Below, one piece after another: positions 12,627 to 23,971 of a DNA stretch of 64,000 nucleotides (positions are counted from its first letter, which is position 1; every line of letters begins with the position of its first letter). The notes under the pieces were generated by a model. The model was given only the letters and a program-made list of their open reading frames with translations. It ran no database searches and was not told the DNA's origin. The stretch is from Octopus sinensis. Taxonomy: Eukaryota. Made by a program: the position numbers and the translations under genes. Location of the stretch: positions 18,042,001-18,106,000 of the forward strand of contig NC_043016.1 of NCBI RefSeq assembly GCF_006345805.1. Direction: 5' to 3'.

Positions 12627-13900
12627 CGTATATCATCATCATCGTTTAACGTCCGTTCTCCATGCTAGCATGGGTTGGACGGTTCAACTGGGGTCTGGGA
12701 AGCCAGAAGGCTGTGCCAGGCCCAGTCTGATCTGGCAGTGTATATCTACAGCTGGATGCCCTTCCTAATGCCAACCACTCCGTGAGTGTAGTGGGTGCTT
12801 TTTACGTGCCACCTGCACAGGTGCCAGACGAGGCTGGCAAACAGCCACGATCGGATGGTGCTTTTTACGTGCCACCGGCAGGAGGATATTGTAATTCGCT
12901 TGAAGCGTTGTGTATTGTTTGTAAAGAATAAAAAGTTGAATGGTACAATAATGGTTGATGCCAGTGTCACCTGACTGGCTCCTGTGCCGGTGACACATAA
13001 AAAGCACCCACTACTCTCTCAGAGTGGTTGGCATTAGGAAGGGCATCCAGCTGTAGAAACTCTGCCAGATCAGATTGGAGTGGGCATTAAACAATGATGC
13101 TGTTATATTATTCTGTGTGTGTGTGTGTCTCATGTGATGTCTCATCTGCACTTGATAAAATGTAGAATGATGCTCTGGTGATGAGAGACTTAGTTTGCAC
13201 AGAAGTGGAATTAGAATGTGTTTGGTATTTAGGGTTGTGGTTTGCAAGCCTGGCTTGGTGGTTATGCAGTCATGAGGGTCTAGGTTCAACCTCACTGCAT
13301 TGCTGTTTGAGCAAGTGTGTTTTATCACAGTATCCAGCTAACCCCAATCTCTTGCAGTAAGTAAAGTTGGGTGAACAGAAACTGTGTGGAAGCCTGTTGA
13401 TTAGCTTCGAACTGTATTTGTAATTCAAAAGACCAACCTTTTAAAATATTACTGATTTTATATTAAGGACACATGGTCTAGTGGTCAAAGTGTTTCACTC
13501 AGGATAGTGAAATCGTGGGTTCTAGTCCTGAACTGGGTGATGCACTGTGTTCTTGAGCAAAATACTTCATTTCATGTTGCTTTCTGATGACTTTGGCATC
13601 TGATGTGTGACATACTTGTGTACCTGTACAGGGCAATGTTGGTCCGACGGAGGGCATGAGATAATGTTCAGTACAAGCATTTGATTGCTATAAGCAAGTC
13701 TTCTGTATGGTTGCTCAAGAAATTTTGGAATCAATTTTCATGGACTCGAGAGACTCGTTAAAATAATATACATGTGCAAGCCAGTAGTTCAGTCGATTGA
13801 ACAATGCTTATCATTGAACCTGGCAGAAAATCCGTCATCATCACCACCACCACCACCACTATCATCATCATTGTCATCATTACTGTTGTTATCATCATCA

Positions 13901-14271
13901 TCTCTCTCTATATAAACGGCAGTTTGTCTGTGTGTGTTTCTGTGTGTCTGTCAGGTTGTACCCTCACCCTGACCACGGCTTTCAACCGATTCTGATGAAA
14001 CTTGACACACACATAGCCCAACGTCATAATTCAAAACTAACGCAGCGAAAATTTTGAAAAGTTCCCCCAGTTCTGAAAAAATCGATAAATTCGACATGGG
14101 GTCGAGAATCAGAAACACGAACCACAAACTTGTCTAGGGGACGCAACTCCACTTTTTTAAATCTCAAAAAAATTTACCATCATTTTTTTTCCATTTTTTG
14201 GCTATCACTCTCTAAAAATGCTTTATAGTTATTTCCTTACAAACCTGAGCAACGCCGGGCGATACTGCTAG
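13901..14271 (+). mobile_element. Non-autonomous Helitron
   Basis: 5' TC, 3' GC-rich hairpin region followed by CTAG, inserted between A (13900) and T (14272), no TSD. Confidence 0.75.
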
Positions 14272-14543
14272 TCACCATCATAAGTATCAAATCTTTGGTC
14301 AGTGTATGGAATCACATTTGACTACCTGAAGATTTCTTTGGTTCTTAGACCAAATTACCTGCCTCATCCTTACATATATTGCTTGTTTTTTGGTAGTTTT
14401 GGTATTCTATCCATGAAGGAAATGGTAAAATCCCAAGTTCTACTATCGAGTTTCACTTTTTTGTTTCTAATGTATATCCTGTGTTTTATGTAAGAAATGA
14501 CTCTGTACTTTTTAAATATTAGACTTTATTCTTTTTAATCTAG

Positions 14544-15373
14544 AAATCCTACAAGCCCGAGTAGCGATCTTTTGTGTTCCGAAGCTTGCAATTCACACAG
14601 TTCCGAACATTGTCCCAGTTCTGAGAAAGATTCTGATCACTTTGATGAGATTAAGAAGGCAACTTCAGATGATAACATTGTTAGAGAATCAGAAACTCAT
14701 TTGCTTTCCGACGAAGAAATTGCTTGGAGTGAAGAGGAGCTGTTATGTGAATCTGTTGTGGAAACTGCTTTAGTCAACGAGTCCATTGTTAATTCAACAG
14801 AAAATTCTTCGGCAATTCGAAGTAGTAATGAAAACATTGGAAATTCCAAGATTCAAAATAATCTCAAGGATACAGATCAATCTAGCTGCCAGAAAACGTG
14901 CCTAAGCAAAGGGAGAACTCCTTCAAAAATTCAGAAGGGAATTTGCTCAGAAAATCCATCTTCTGTTTCTGAAGATATGAATTTATCTGATACGGACATT
15001 GACGAGATGCTTTCACAGTTACAGGAAACAGATTTTGTTTCGTCTGACGCGTCTGAAAGTACCGTGAATGTCAACTCTGAAACGCCTCCCCAGGACCCTG
15101 TTCCTTTAGACCTGCAACAAAACCATAACACTCGAGTAACAAGATCAATGGTTAAAAAAACAAATGTACAAGTTTTAGACAGTTCAGACCAAGTTAATCA
15201 AAAGTCTTTAACAAAAAATAACAAGAACAGAACTAATGAAAGTGATACAGCACTAAGAAAAGCGTACCTCCTAAGAAATTCGACTGTGCAACAAACAGAA
15301 ACTGGGGTCAGTTCTAAGGCATCGGTTCCAGTTAGCAACAATGCCCAGCAACACTATTTGTCTGCGCCTAAAC
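14544..15373 (+). CDS. ETAA1: ETAA1-like large exon, acidic Ser/Glu/Asn-rich disordered region (R-NPTSPSSDLLCSEAC...HYLSAPK), phase 2 to 1
   Basis: 830-nt open frame (ORF track 14572..15453), tttttaatctag acceptor, C/gtaag donor at 15374. Contains acidic-hydrophobic motifs (SDEEIAWSEEELL, SDTDIDEMLSQL). Confidence 0.85.
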
Positions 15374-15675
15374 GTAAGTTTCTCTCCAAGCATGTTCAAG
15401 TTTTCGATTTTGTTTTTCGTTTTTTTTTGCTTGTTTTTTTTTTATTAATGTAGTCTAACATGTCTGAATGTGTGTGTGTGTGTATGTTTGCATATAGCCT
15501 TATATTTGTTCCATTTTAAACAAAACTTTCCGATGAATGGGGATTGTGAAACTCTGAGTGACAGTTTTGTGATATTTTTGCTGCTTTTTGATAAAGCGTA
15601 TTACTCTACATCTGGTATTTGGGTACTCTTTTTTCCACCTTGTTCCGCATTTATGTGCTCACTCTGGTTTGTATG

Positions 15676-15725
<50 letters not shown>

Positions 15726-16435
15726 ATGTACATGCATTCACATACATGCACACATGTTCACACACACGTGTCTGTGTGCAGGCATAACAGTGCGCCATTT
15801 TGGGCAAGTAATATTTTCTACTATATCCTTTTGAGTGGAGTTTTGAGATAGTGTCTGTCCATGATTGATTCCATTGATACCGTTTAGAAGCTGGTGCTGT
15901 TATGTCCCATATAACCTCTCCATTTGATAAATATAATTCCCTTGAGAATTGAAAGTGCTTTTGGGACTGGGTAGCAAACTGGTTTTTAAGTGAATTAATT
16001 AATGTCTCTAAGGTGGTAAAATTTTTGGTTGTTTATCATAAAAAAGAATCCATTGCATTTTTTTTAAGAAGTCAAGGTGCTTTTGTATAATTGAAAGAGA
16101 TCTTTTTGCCTGATTGCTGGGAGGTGGGGCATATCTGTATTGAATGCTACATACCTTTTGTAGCAGGGATCCTGAGTAATTGCCCCCTTCACCAACCTAT
16201 AAATCCGGCCCTCCTGGATTGTCTCTGGTCATATGTCCACTCAGTCAGTGCTGACCTGGAGATAAGAAACAACACACACACACTCCAATGATTATCTACA
16301 TATTAAATTGATATCTTCGGATATAACTGTAAGTGAAGGCCATTGCCATTTTGGAACTGGTGTTGGGAAAAGACGAGAAAAATAACTGGAATGGATGAAT
16401 AATAATTTTTTTTTCTTTCTTTTGTTGTATTCTAG

Positions 16436-16474
16436 GTGGTGAAGACCTGTTTGATGATTCAGAAATTACTGATG
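16436..16474 (+). CDS. ETAA1: ETAA1-like exon (R-GEDLFDDSEITD), phase 1 to 1
   Basis: Long T-tract + tctag acceptor, G/gtgagt donor; 39 nt in frame. Confidence 0.75.
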
Positions 16475-16676
16475 GTGAGTTTAAATATATATATGCAGCC
16501 ACTACATACATTTTTTTCTCTCCTTGTTTCTTTCTGTGTTCCTTTCTGCGGAAGAGCGTGGGCTCAAAACGTAAAACACTTTTTCTATTCCTGAGCATTA
16601 TACTAATATATCTGTTTGTTTTCTACACCACCTGTCTTCGTCTTGTGTTTTTTTTTTGTGAATTCTTCCCCCTATA

Positions 16677-16709
<33 letters not shown>

Positions 16710-17260
16710 CTGTAGTAATAAAAATGAGAAAAAAATAAAGGTTTTTTAGGTATTTATATATTTCAGTTGCGACATAGTATATCTACTTCATATACAATAG
16801 ATGCACTGAGCAGTTCATATGAGCACCTGAAATTGAGTCTCTTCAGTGCTCAGCTAACTCATTAGAAGTAGTTGATGGGTTTTGTTACATAGGAGATGTA
16901 ATTAGCAATGGAGGTGGTTGCTGTGAAAGTATAGTGCTAGAGTAAGAACTGGTTGGAGAAAGTTCAAAGAGCTACTTTCACTACTGATAAACAAGGATCT
17001 TTTCCCTAAGAATAAAGGGCAGATCGTATGATGTTTGTGTTAGAACTACAATACCTGCATGGTAGTGAGATATGGGCCTTGAATGCAGAGGACTTGAGAT
17101 AGTATTTTATAAGTGATCACCATGCAGTGACTAAAGAAAATAGTCTAATAATTGGGCACATAAGCCCTCGATAGAAAAAAGTACATTTTCCCGTATGCGT
17201 GGGACTCAAACCCACACTTCTTTCAGTTTCCATTTCCTTCAGCACAAAAGAGCTATGCTA

Positions 17261-17306
<46 letters not shown>

Positions 17307-17427
17307 CCCTACACAATCCTTTCTGTCGAAGCCTTTTCCATTCTTCCCGAGTGTTAAACTAATACACCTGGTTGTTGTTCCGTCACCCTGTCTTTGTCTT
17401 TTGTTTTCTATAAATTTGAACTATATA

Positions 17428-18727
17428 CAAGGCAGGGTACCCAAAAGTGACCGGAAATGTTCACTGTGGGACAAACTTGTTATAGTTTAGGCTTCCACCA
17501 CTAGAAGCCATTTGATGTGATCCTCAGGCATCAGCCTGTTGACCGGCGTCTTCTGCGGATGTCGTGTTGCCATGTGGTGTTTCTTCCCTGTTTGTTGATT
17601 TTTGCTGAAATGAAGGAACAACCTACTTCCATGAAAATCTGTTCTCTGCTGGGGAAAACGGTGGCCGAAACAGTTGTCATGCTTCAAAAAGCTTCCAAGA
17701 ATGCTGCCATGAGCAAAACACAAGTTTACAAATGGTTTCTATGCTTTAGGAACGGTCACTTGTCACTTGAAGACCAACCTTGTTTAGGGTGACCGTTGAC
17801 CTCCTGAACAAATGAAAACATCATGAAAATTCATGAATTAACCTTGGAGGACCATCACCACACAATTGATGGACTTGTTGATGTGACTGGTGAGTCCTGG
17901 AGCTCCTGCCAATGAATTCTAAGCAAGGAATTGCAAATGAAAAAAATTGCAGTAAAATTTGTGCCTTGCTTGTTCACAGAAAATCAAAAGCAGTCACAAC
18001 TGAATGTGTGTCATGAACTGAAAGAACAGTTGGAAGTTGATCTGACCTTTTTTTGCCAAGGTTGGTGCTATGGAATTTGCAGGTGTGGAAGAGGTGAAGG
18101 AAAAAATGATGGAGGTTTTAGAAGGCATCACTTTGCAAGAGTTCCAGTACTGCTTCAAACAGTGGAAGACACATCTGGACTCATGCATCATCATCATCAT
18201 TGTTCAACCGTGGTCGAGACAATGGAATTTACTATGTTATGCCAGACCTCACGGTCCATCAAAGCATTACAGAGGTCCTGTTGCTGGATGCCTGTATCCC
18301 TGGAGATTACATCAGGGTAGGAGAGTGTGTGCCCTCTGGTATCACGAGCAGATGGCTTCCAGAGGAGAAGAGTAGAAATTACTTTGTTTTCAGCTCTACA
18401 ACAATGTCCAGCAAACTGGACTCTCCTACCTTTCACAAGAGATGACACAGGTGGTAGTTTCCCATATACTTGTACTTTGGTTGGATGACGCTTCCAAGAG
18501 AGATTTTGAGCTCTCATAAGGAGGCGGGTGTAAGTTCCATCCAACCACCTCTCAAGCTTCTTTGATAACGTCCAGGTTTCTGAGCCATGTAGTAAAATTG
18601 GTTCGACTGTGGCTTCATGCATAGCTTCAAATGGAGAATACATTAAAGATGATAAAAGTGTAAACCTGTAAAATTAAGGGAATAAAATAATATTGCAAAA
18701 TTTCAGTTTCTTTTCGGTACCCCCTTG
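17428..18727 (+). mobile_element. Mariner/Tc1 relic with both TIRs, internally deleted, interrupted by a LINE
   Basis: TA flanks; TIRs CAAGGCAGGGTACCCAAAAG / CTTTTCGGTACCCCCTTG. Transposase pieces GKTVAETVVML...KTQVYKWF, KFVPCLFTENQK, and LDSCIASNGEY once the insert is removed. Confidence 0.85.
18189..18614 (-). mobile_element. 5'-truncated LINE 3' end (RTE/RTEX-like RT C-terminus) with (TGA)n tail
   Basis: ORF 18197..18643: VEPILLHGSETWTL...RRVQFAGHCCR...DREVW; TSD TCATGCAT at 18181-18188 and 18615-18622. Confidence 0.85.
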
Positions 18728-19923
18728 TATACATATATATATATATATGAAAGAGAGAGAGAGCCTTAAAGGGTTTAGTTGAACATCAAACCCCCAATAC
18801 TTTTTTTTTCTAAATCTGATACTTATTCTATTGTTCTCTTTTTGCTGAACTGTTAAGGGAGTGTAAACGAACATACACTAGTTATCAAGCAGTAGTGGGA
18901 CTCATTCACACACAAGCTTCTTTCAGTTTCTGGCAAACAAATCTACTCATGAAGCTTTGGTTAGCCCAGAGCTATAGCAGAAGATACTTGCCCAAGGTGA
19001 CATGGGATAGAACTGAACTTGGAACTATGTGATTGGGAAGCAAACTTCTTACCACAAAGCCAAAAAAAAAAAAAGATAAATTAAATACCAATTGAACATT
19101 GGGTGTTGATGTAATGGACTCATGATAATCGTTTAACATCTCCTTTCTGTGCTGGCATGGGTTGGCCGGTTTGACTGCTGGCTGCTAAGCCAGAAGGCTG
19201 CACCATGCTCCAATCTGATCTGGTAATGTTTCTACGGTTGGATGCCTTTCCTGATGCCAGCCACTGCAAGAGTGTCGTGGGTGCTTTTTACATGCTACTG
19301 GCACAGGGGCCAGTCTGGCGGCACTGGCATCGATCATGCTCAAATGGTGCTTTTTATATGCCAGCAGCATGGGAGCCAGCCAGGCGGCACTGGCATCGAC
19401 CCAAAAATTGCTGCCCTTGTGGAAAAACCTGGGGGGGGGGGGTTTGATGGGGGACTATTCAAGGAGTCAATAAATGCATGTCTACTTAATTATTATTGTT
19501 TATTTAATTTCTTGTACATGGCTGGGAGTCAGTGAAGGGTCAAGGATTCCATGAAGGGGTCAGTGGTCTAAAATGTTTTGGGACCCAGGACTACATCTTG
19601 CATATCACTCGGTGAAAGGTATATACCTCCACCAAACCTTAGATAATGCAGATTTGAAACTTTGAAAAACTAATGCAAGTAGCTTGCTGACCAGCCGCAT
19701 GGTTCTGGGTTCAGTCCCGCTGCGTGGCATCTTGGGCAGGTGTCTTCTGCTATAGCCCCGGGCCGACCAATGCCTTGTGAGTGGATTTGGTGAACGGAAG
19801 CTGGGGAGGCCTGTCGTATATATATAACGGGAAGCTTTATGAAAATAGACAAAAGACGAAGACAGGTGGAATACAAACAAACAATTGTATTAGTATGGCG
19901 CTCAGGAATATAAATAAAACAAG

Positions 19924-19961
19924 TCTTTTACGTTTCGAGCCTACGCTCATCAACAGAAAGA
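19924..19961 (-). ncRNA. Minimal hammerhead-like fold with A6 substitution inside a Penelope-like terminus
   Basis: Minus strand TCTTT-CTGTTGA-T-GAGC-GTAG-GCTC-GAAA-CG-TA-AAAGA; sister copies at 8677-8710 and 16543-16576. Confidence 0.5.
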
Positions 19962-20376
19962 TACACAGAAAGATACAAGGAGAGAAAAAAAATGCGTGCA
20001 GAGGCTAGCAAATCAACATATATGTGTGTGTGTTTGTGTTTGTCCCCCTAGCATTGCTTGACAACCGATGCTGGTGTGTTTACGTCCCCGTCACTTAGCG
20101 GTTTGGCAAAAGAGCCCGATAGAATAAGTACTGGGTTTACAAAAGAATAAGTCCCGGGGTCGATTTGCTAGACTAAAGGCGGTGCTCCAGCATGGCCGCA
20201 GTCAAATGACTGAAACAAGTAAAAGAGTAAAAGAGAGTAAAGAGTATTACAATTACCATCGTTATTATGTTCATTCATTAAATGTTATTTTTTCACTTTG
20301 TTCAAAGTTTACATGATATATTTTAATAATTTCCACATCTGTGTCACTGATAACCGTTTTCTTCATCTTCATTCAG

Positions 20377-20427
20377 AATTGCTGGTCGGTGTCTACGAAG
20401 ACATGTTTAAGGATGACATGGAAGATG
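20377..20427 (+). CDS. ETAA1: ETAA1-like exon (E-LLVGVYEDMFKDDMED), phase 1 to 1
   Basis: ttttcttcatcttcattcag acceptor, G/gtaagt donor; 51 nt. With the previous exon it gives DDSEITDELLVGVYEDM, comparable to ETAA1 RBM1 (DDVDDDLLYQACDDIE). Confidence 0.75.
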
Positions 20428-20803
20428 GTAAGTTTGCAGTCGACTCTTTTAGTCTTTACTCTCTTTTACTCTTTTACTTGTTTCAGTCATTTGACTGCGG
20501 CCATGCTGGAGCACCGCCTTTAGTTGAGCAAATCGACCCAGGGACTTATTCTTTTTGTAAGCCCAGTACTTATTCTATCGGTCTCTTTCGCCGAACTGCT
20601 AAGTGACGGGGACGTAAACATATACATATATATACATAGAAACGACAGGCTTCTTTCAGTTTCCGTCTACCAAATCCACTCACAAGGCTTTGTTTGGCTT
20701 CAGGTTATAGTAGAAGACACTAGTCCAAGGTGCTACAGTGTGGGACTGAACCTGGAACCATGTGGTTGTTAAGCAAGCTACTTACCACACAACCATTCCT
20801 GCA

Positions 20804-20852
<49 letters not shown>

Positions 20853-23825
20853 TATATATATATACTCTTTTACTTGTTTCAGTCATTTGACTGGGGCCAT
20901 GCTGGAGCACCGGCTTTTAGTCGAGCAAATCGACCCTGGGACTTATTCTTTTTTAAGCCCAGTACTTATTCTATCGGTCTCTCTTTTGCCGAACCACTAA
21001 GTAACGGGGACGTAAACACACCAGCATCGGTTGTCAAGCAATGCTAGGGGGACAAACACACACACACATATACATGTATATACATAAAAACGACAGGCTT
21101 CTTTCAGTTTCCGTCTACCAAATCCACTCACAAGGCATTGGTCGGCCCGGGGCTATAGCAGAAGACACTTGCCCAAGGTGCCACACAGTGGGACTGAACC
21201 CGGAACCATGTGGTTGGTAAGCAAGCTACTTACCACACAGCCACTCCTGCACCTATTAATAATGTTCCTACAATTATGGGACTGGTTTTGTAAACTCTTT
21301 TTTTCTCTTTTTTTCTCTCCCCCACCCATGAGTAGAATGTTGATTGCATTAACATAGTATGAAGCATTACAGCTAAATTTTTAAGATTTGACTATAGGTA
21401 CAACCATGGTTGTGTGGTAAGAAGTTTGCTTCTCAGCCAGGTGTTTTGTTATATGGTGCTGGCACAAGGGCTTGCTTATGTGGCACCAGCATGGTGTTTT
21501 TTTTATGTGACACTGGCCCAGGAGCCTTTTTAAGTGATGCCAGTACAGGTGCATATTTATGTGACAGCAGTACAGGTATTTTCTTGGATGGTACCTGCTC
21601 GGGTGCTTTTTACAGTTGCCAAAATATAAAATGTGTCATTATAAAATTGATAAATGGCTAGTGGCACTCAGTTGATAGGTTTAACATATCGACATCACTA
21701 GCGCTGATATAATATCTATCTATCTATCTATTACAAAAATGCACCCTGTACATTTTGGTTGATCGCTTTGTAGCTGTCCTTGGCTTTTAAAAAGCAATGG
21801 AAAAACCAACTGGGGGGGGCCAAAATGTCACTTTTCAAAAAATTGTCTGGATTTCCTTTTTATCATTGTCTTGTGAGAGAGCATGTGTGGGGGTGTCTGC
21901 ATATCTGAAAGTAGTGTTAAAGGGAAATGAAAGGAAGGAGGAGGAGATATAGGGAAAAAAAAATATGTGTTTATATTTTGGCAACTGTAAATGATCTTTG
22001 GCTTTTAGAAATTGGCTTTTTTAGAAATTTTAGAAATTTTTGGCTTTTTAGAAATTGTATGTATGTATATATATATATATACACATACACACACATACAT
22101 ATATGAAGGGCTTCTTCCAGTTTCTGTCTACCAAATCCACTCACAGGACTTTGGTTGGCCCAAGGTTATAGTAGAAGACACTTGCCCAAGGAGCCACACA
22201 GTGGGACTGAATTCGAGACCAGGTGGTTGGTCAACGATATAGCATTAACAGATGTTAACTAGAGGGATGTTTATCCCTTTTGACTAGCAAGAAGATTGAT
22301 TGAGGTATGAGGTATGTAGGTTTGTGTGTGTGTATTTGGTGGGGACAAGGGGAAAGTTACGGAAAGAGAGAAAGGAATGGTAGTTATCTGGGGATAGAGG
22401 TGTGTATACACATGTCTTTGTGTCTCTATTTGTCCCCTACCACCACTTGACAACCAGTGTTAGTGTGTTTACATCCCTATAATTTAGTGATTTGGCAAAA
22501 AAGACCAATAGAATAAGTACCAGGCTCAAAATATAAGTACTGGGGGTTCATTTGTTCAACTAAAATTCTTCAAGGTGGTGCCCTAGCATGGCCACAGTCC
22601 AATGACTGAAACAAATGCAGATTCTCAAAGCACTCTGGGCAATAATCTTCTGCCATAAGCCTTGAGTGAAAATAAGTAGAATGAAAACTGTGCAGAAGAC
22701 CTTGAATGGGCACTTCATGGTAAACTTTAAATAGGGTAATGGGTAAAGACCTCCTTCGGGTCATGAATGATCATGGGATTGCACCTAGAAAGTTCCCCTC
22801 CGAGGCACAAGTCCAGGCAAGATAGTTTATGAAAGACCAGCAGTCACCCGCGTATACACCACTGATGTTATCCAAGGGAAAGGCAAAGGCCGATACAGCT
22901 TGGCACCAGTGACATCGCAACACATTTCTACAGCTGAGTGAACTGGAGCAATGTGAAATGTTTTGCTCAAGAACATAACACATAGCCTCGTCTAGGAATT
23001 GAACTCATTATCTCATGATTATGAGCCTGATGCTCTAACCACTGAGCCATGCACTTCCAGGCTTTATATATATTATCAATTTTACATCAATACTTGTCCC
23101 TTGGGTGCCTTTAACAAAGGAATCCCTTATGCGTTCTCTTTTCCTTTGAAAGAACTTCCATATCCTGATATACCACCTTCCCCTCCTATTCCCCACTTCA
23201 TCTAGTCTCAGTGACCCTGAAAGGCTCTTCTCCTAACTGAGCTAGGTTTTATCACTTGCTTGTTTATCATTGGACAGTGGTCATACTGGAGCACCATCTT
23301 GAAGAGTTTTAGTCAGATAAATTGACCCCAGCACTTATTTTACTTTCATACATTCTGGGGGATATAAACAAACCAACACCAGTTATGAAGTGATGTCGGG
23401 TTCAAATACACACACACACATATATAATGGGCTTCCACACAGTTTTCATCTACCAAATTCACTCACAATACATCATCATCATCATCGTTTAACTTCCGTT
23501 TTCCATGCTAGCATGGGTTGGACGGTTCGACTGGGGTCTGGGAAGCCAGAAGGCTGCGCCAGGCCCAGTCTGATCTGGCAGTGTTTCTACAGCTGGATGC
23601 CCTTCCTAACGCCAACCACTCCGTGAGTGTAGTGGGTGCTTTTTACGTGGGTGATAAAAAGTATTTGCTCAAGGTGTCACACCGTGAGATTGAACCCAAA
23701 ACCACATTGTTGCAAAATGAACTTCTTAACCACACAGCCATGCCTGCATCTTAAAAAAAATTTAAAAGAAAAAATAAAATTTGTTTTTGAAATGAATAAA
23801 GTTTTATATGTCATATACATTCCAG

Positions 23826-23971
23826 ATAACAGCACTGCTGTCAACCAAATCTCTGAACCAAAGGTACGGAAAGTGAAGAATGAAGTGTGTTCCAAAGAAG
23901 AGATTGAAAGGAAAAAATTAGAAGCCTTGAAAAGACGAAATAATTACAGATCAAAGACTAAAAGAAAATGA
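23826..23971 (+). CDS. ETAA1: ETAA1-like terminal coding exon (D-NSTAVNQISEPKVRKVKNEVCSKEEIERKKLEALKRRNNYRSKTKRK*)
   Basis: cattccag acceptor, phase 1, stop TGA. C-terminal CSKEEIERKKLEALKRR matches human ETAA1 RBM2 CSPEEIQRKRQEALVRR. The seven exons sum to 1248 nt = 416 codons. Confidence 0.85.

Noticed and set aside
15374-15453. C-terminal tail of ORF 14572..15453 (RKFLSKHVQVF...)
   Set aside because: Read-through into the intron past a strong GTAAGT donor; likewise the N-terminal part of ORF 23636..23971 and the tail of ORF 55073..55462.
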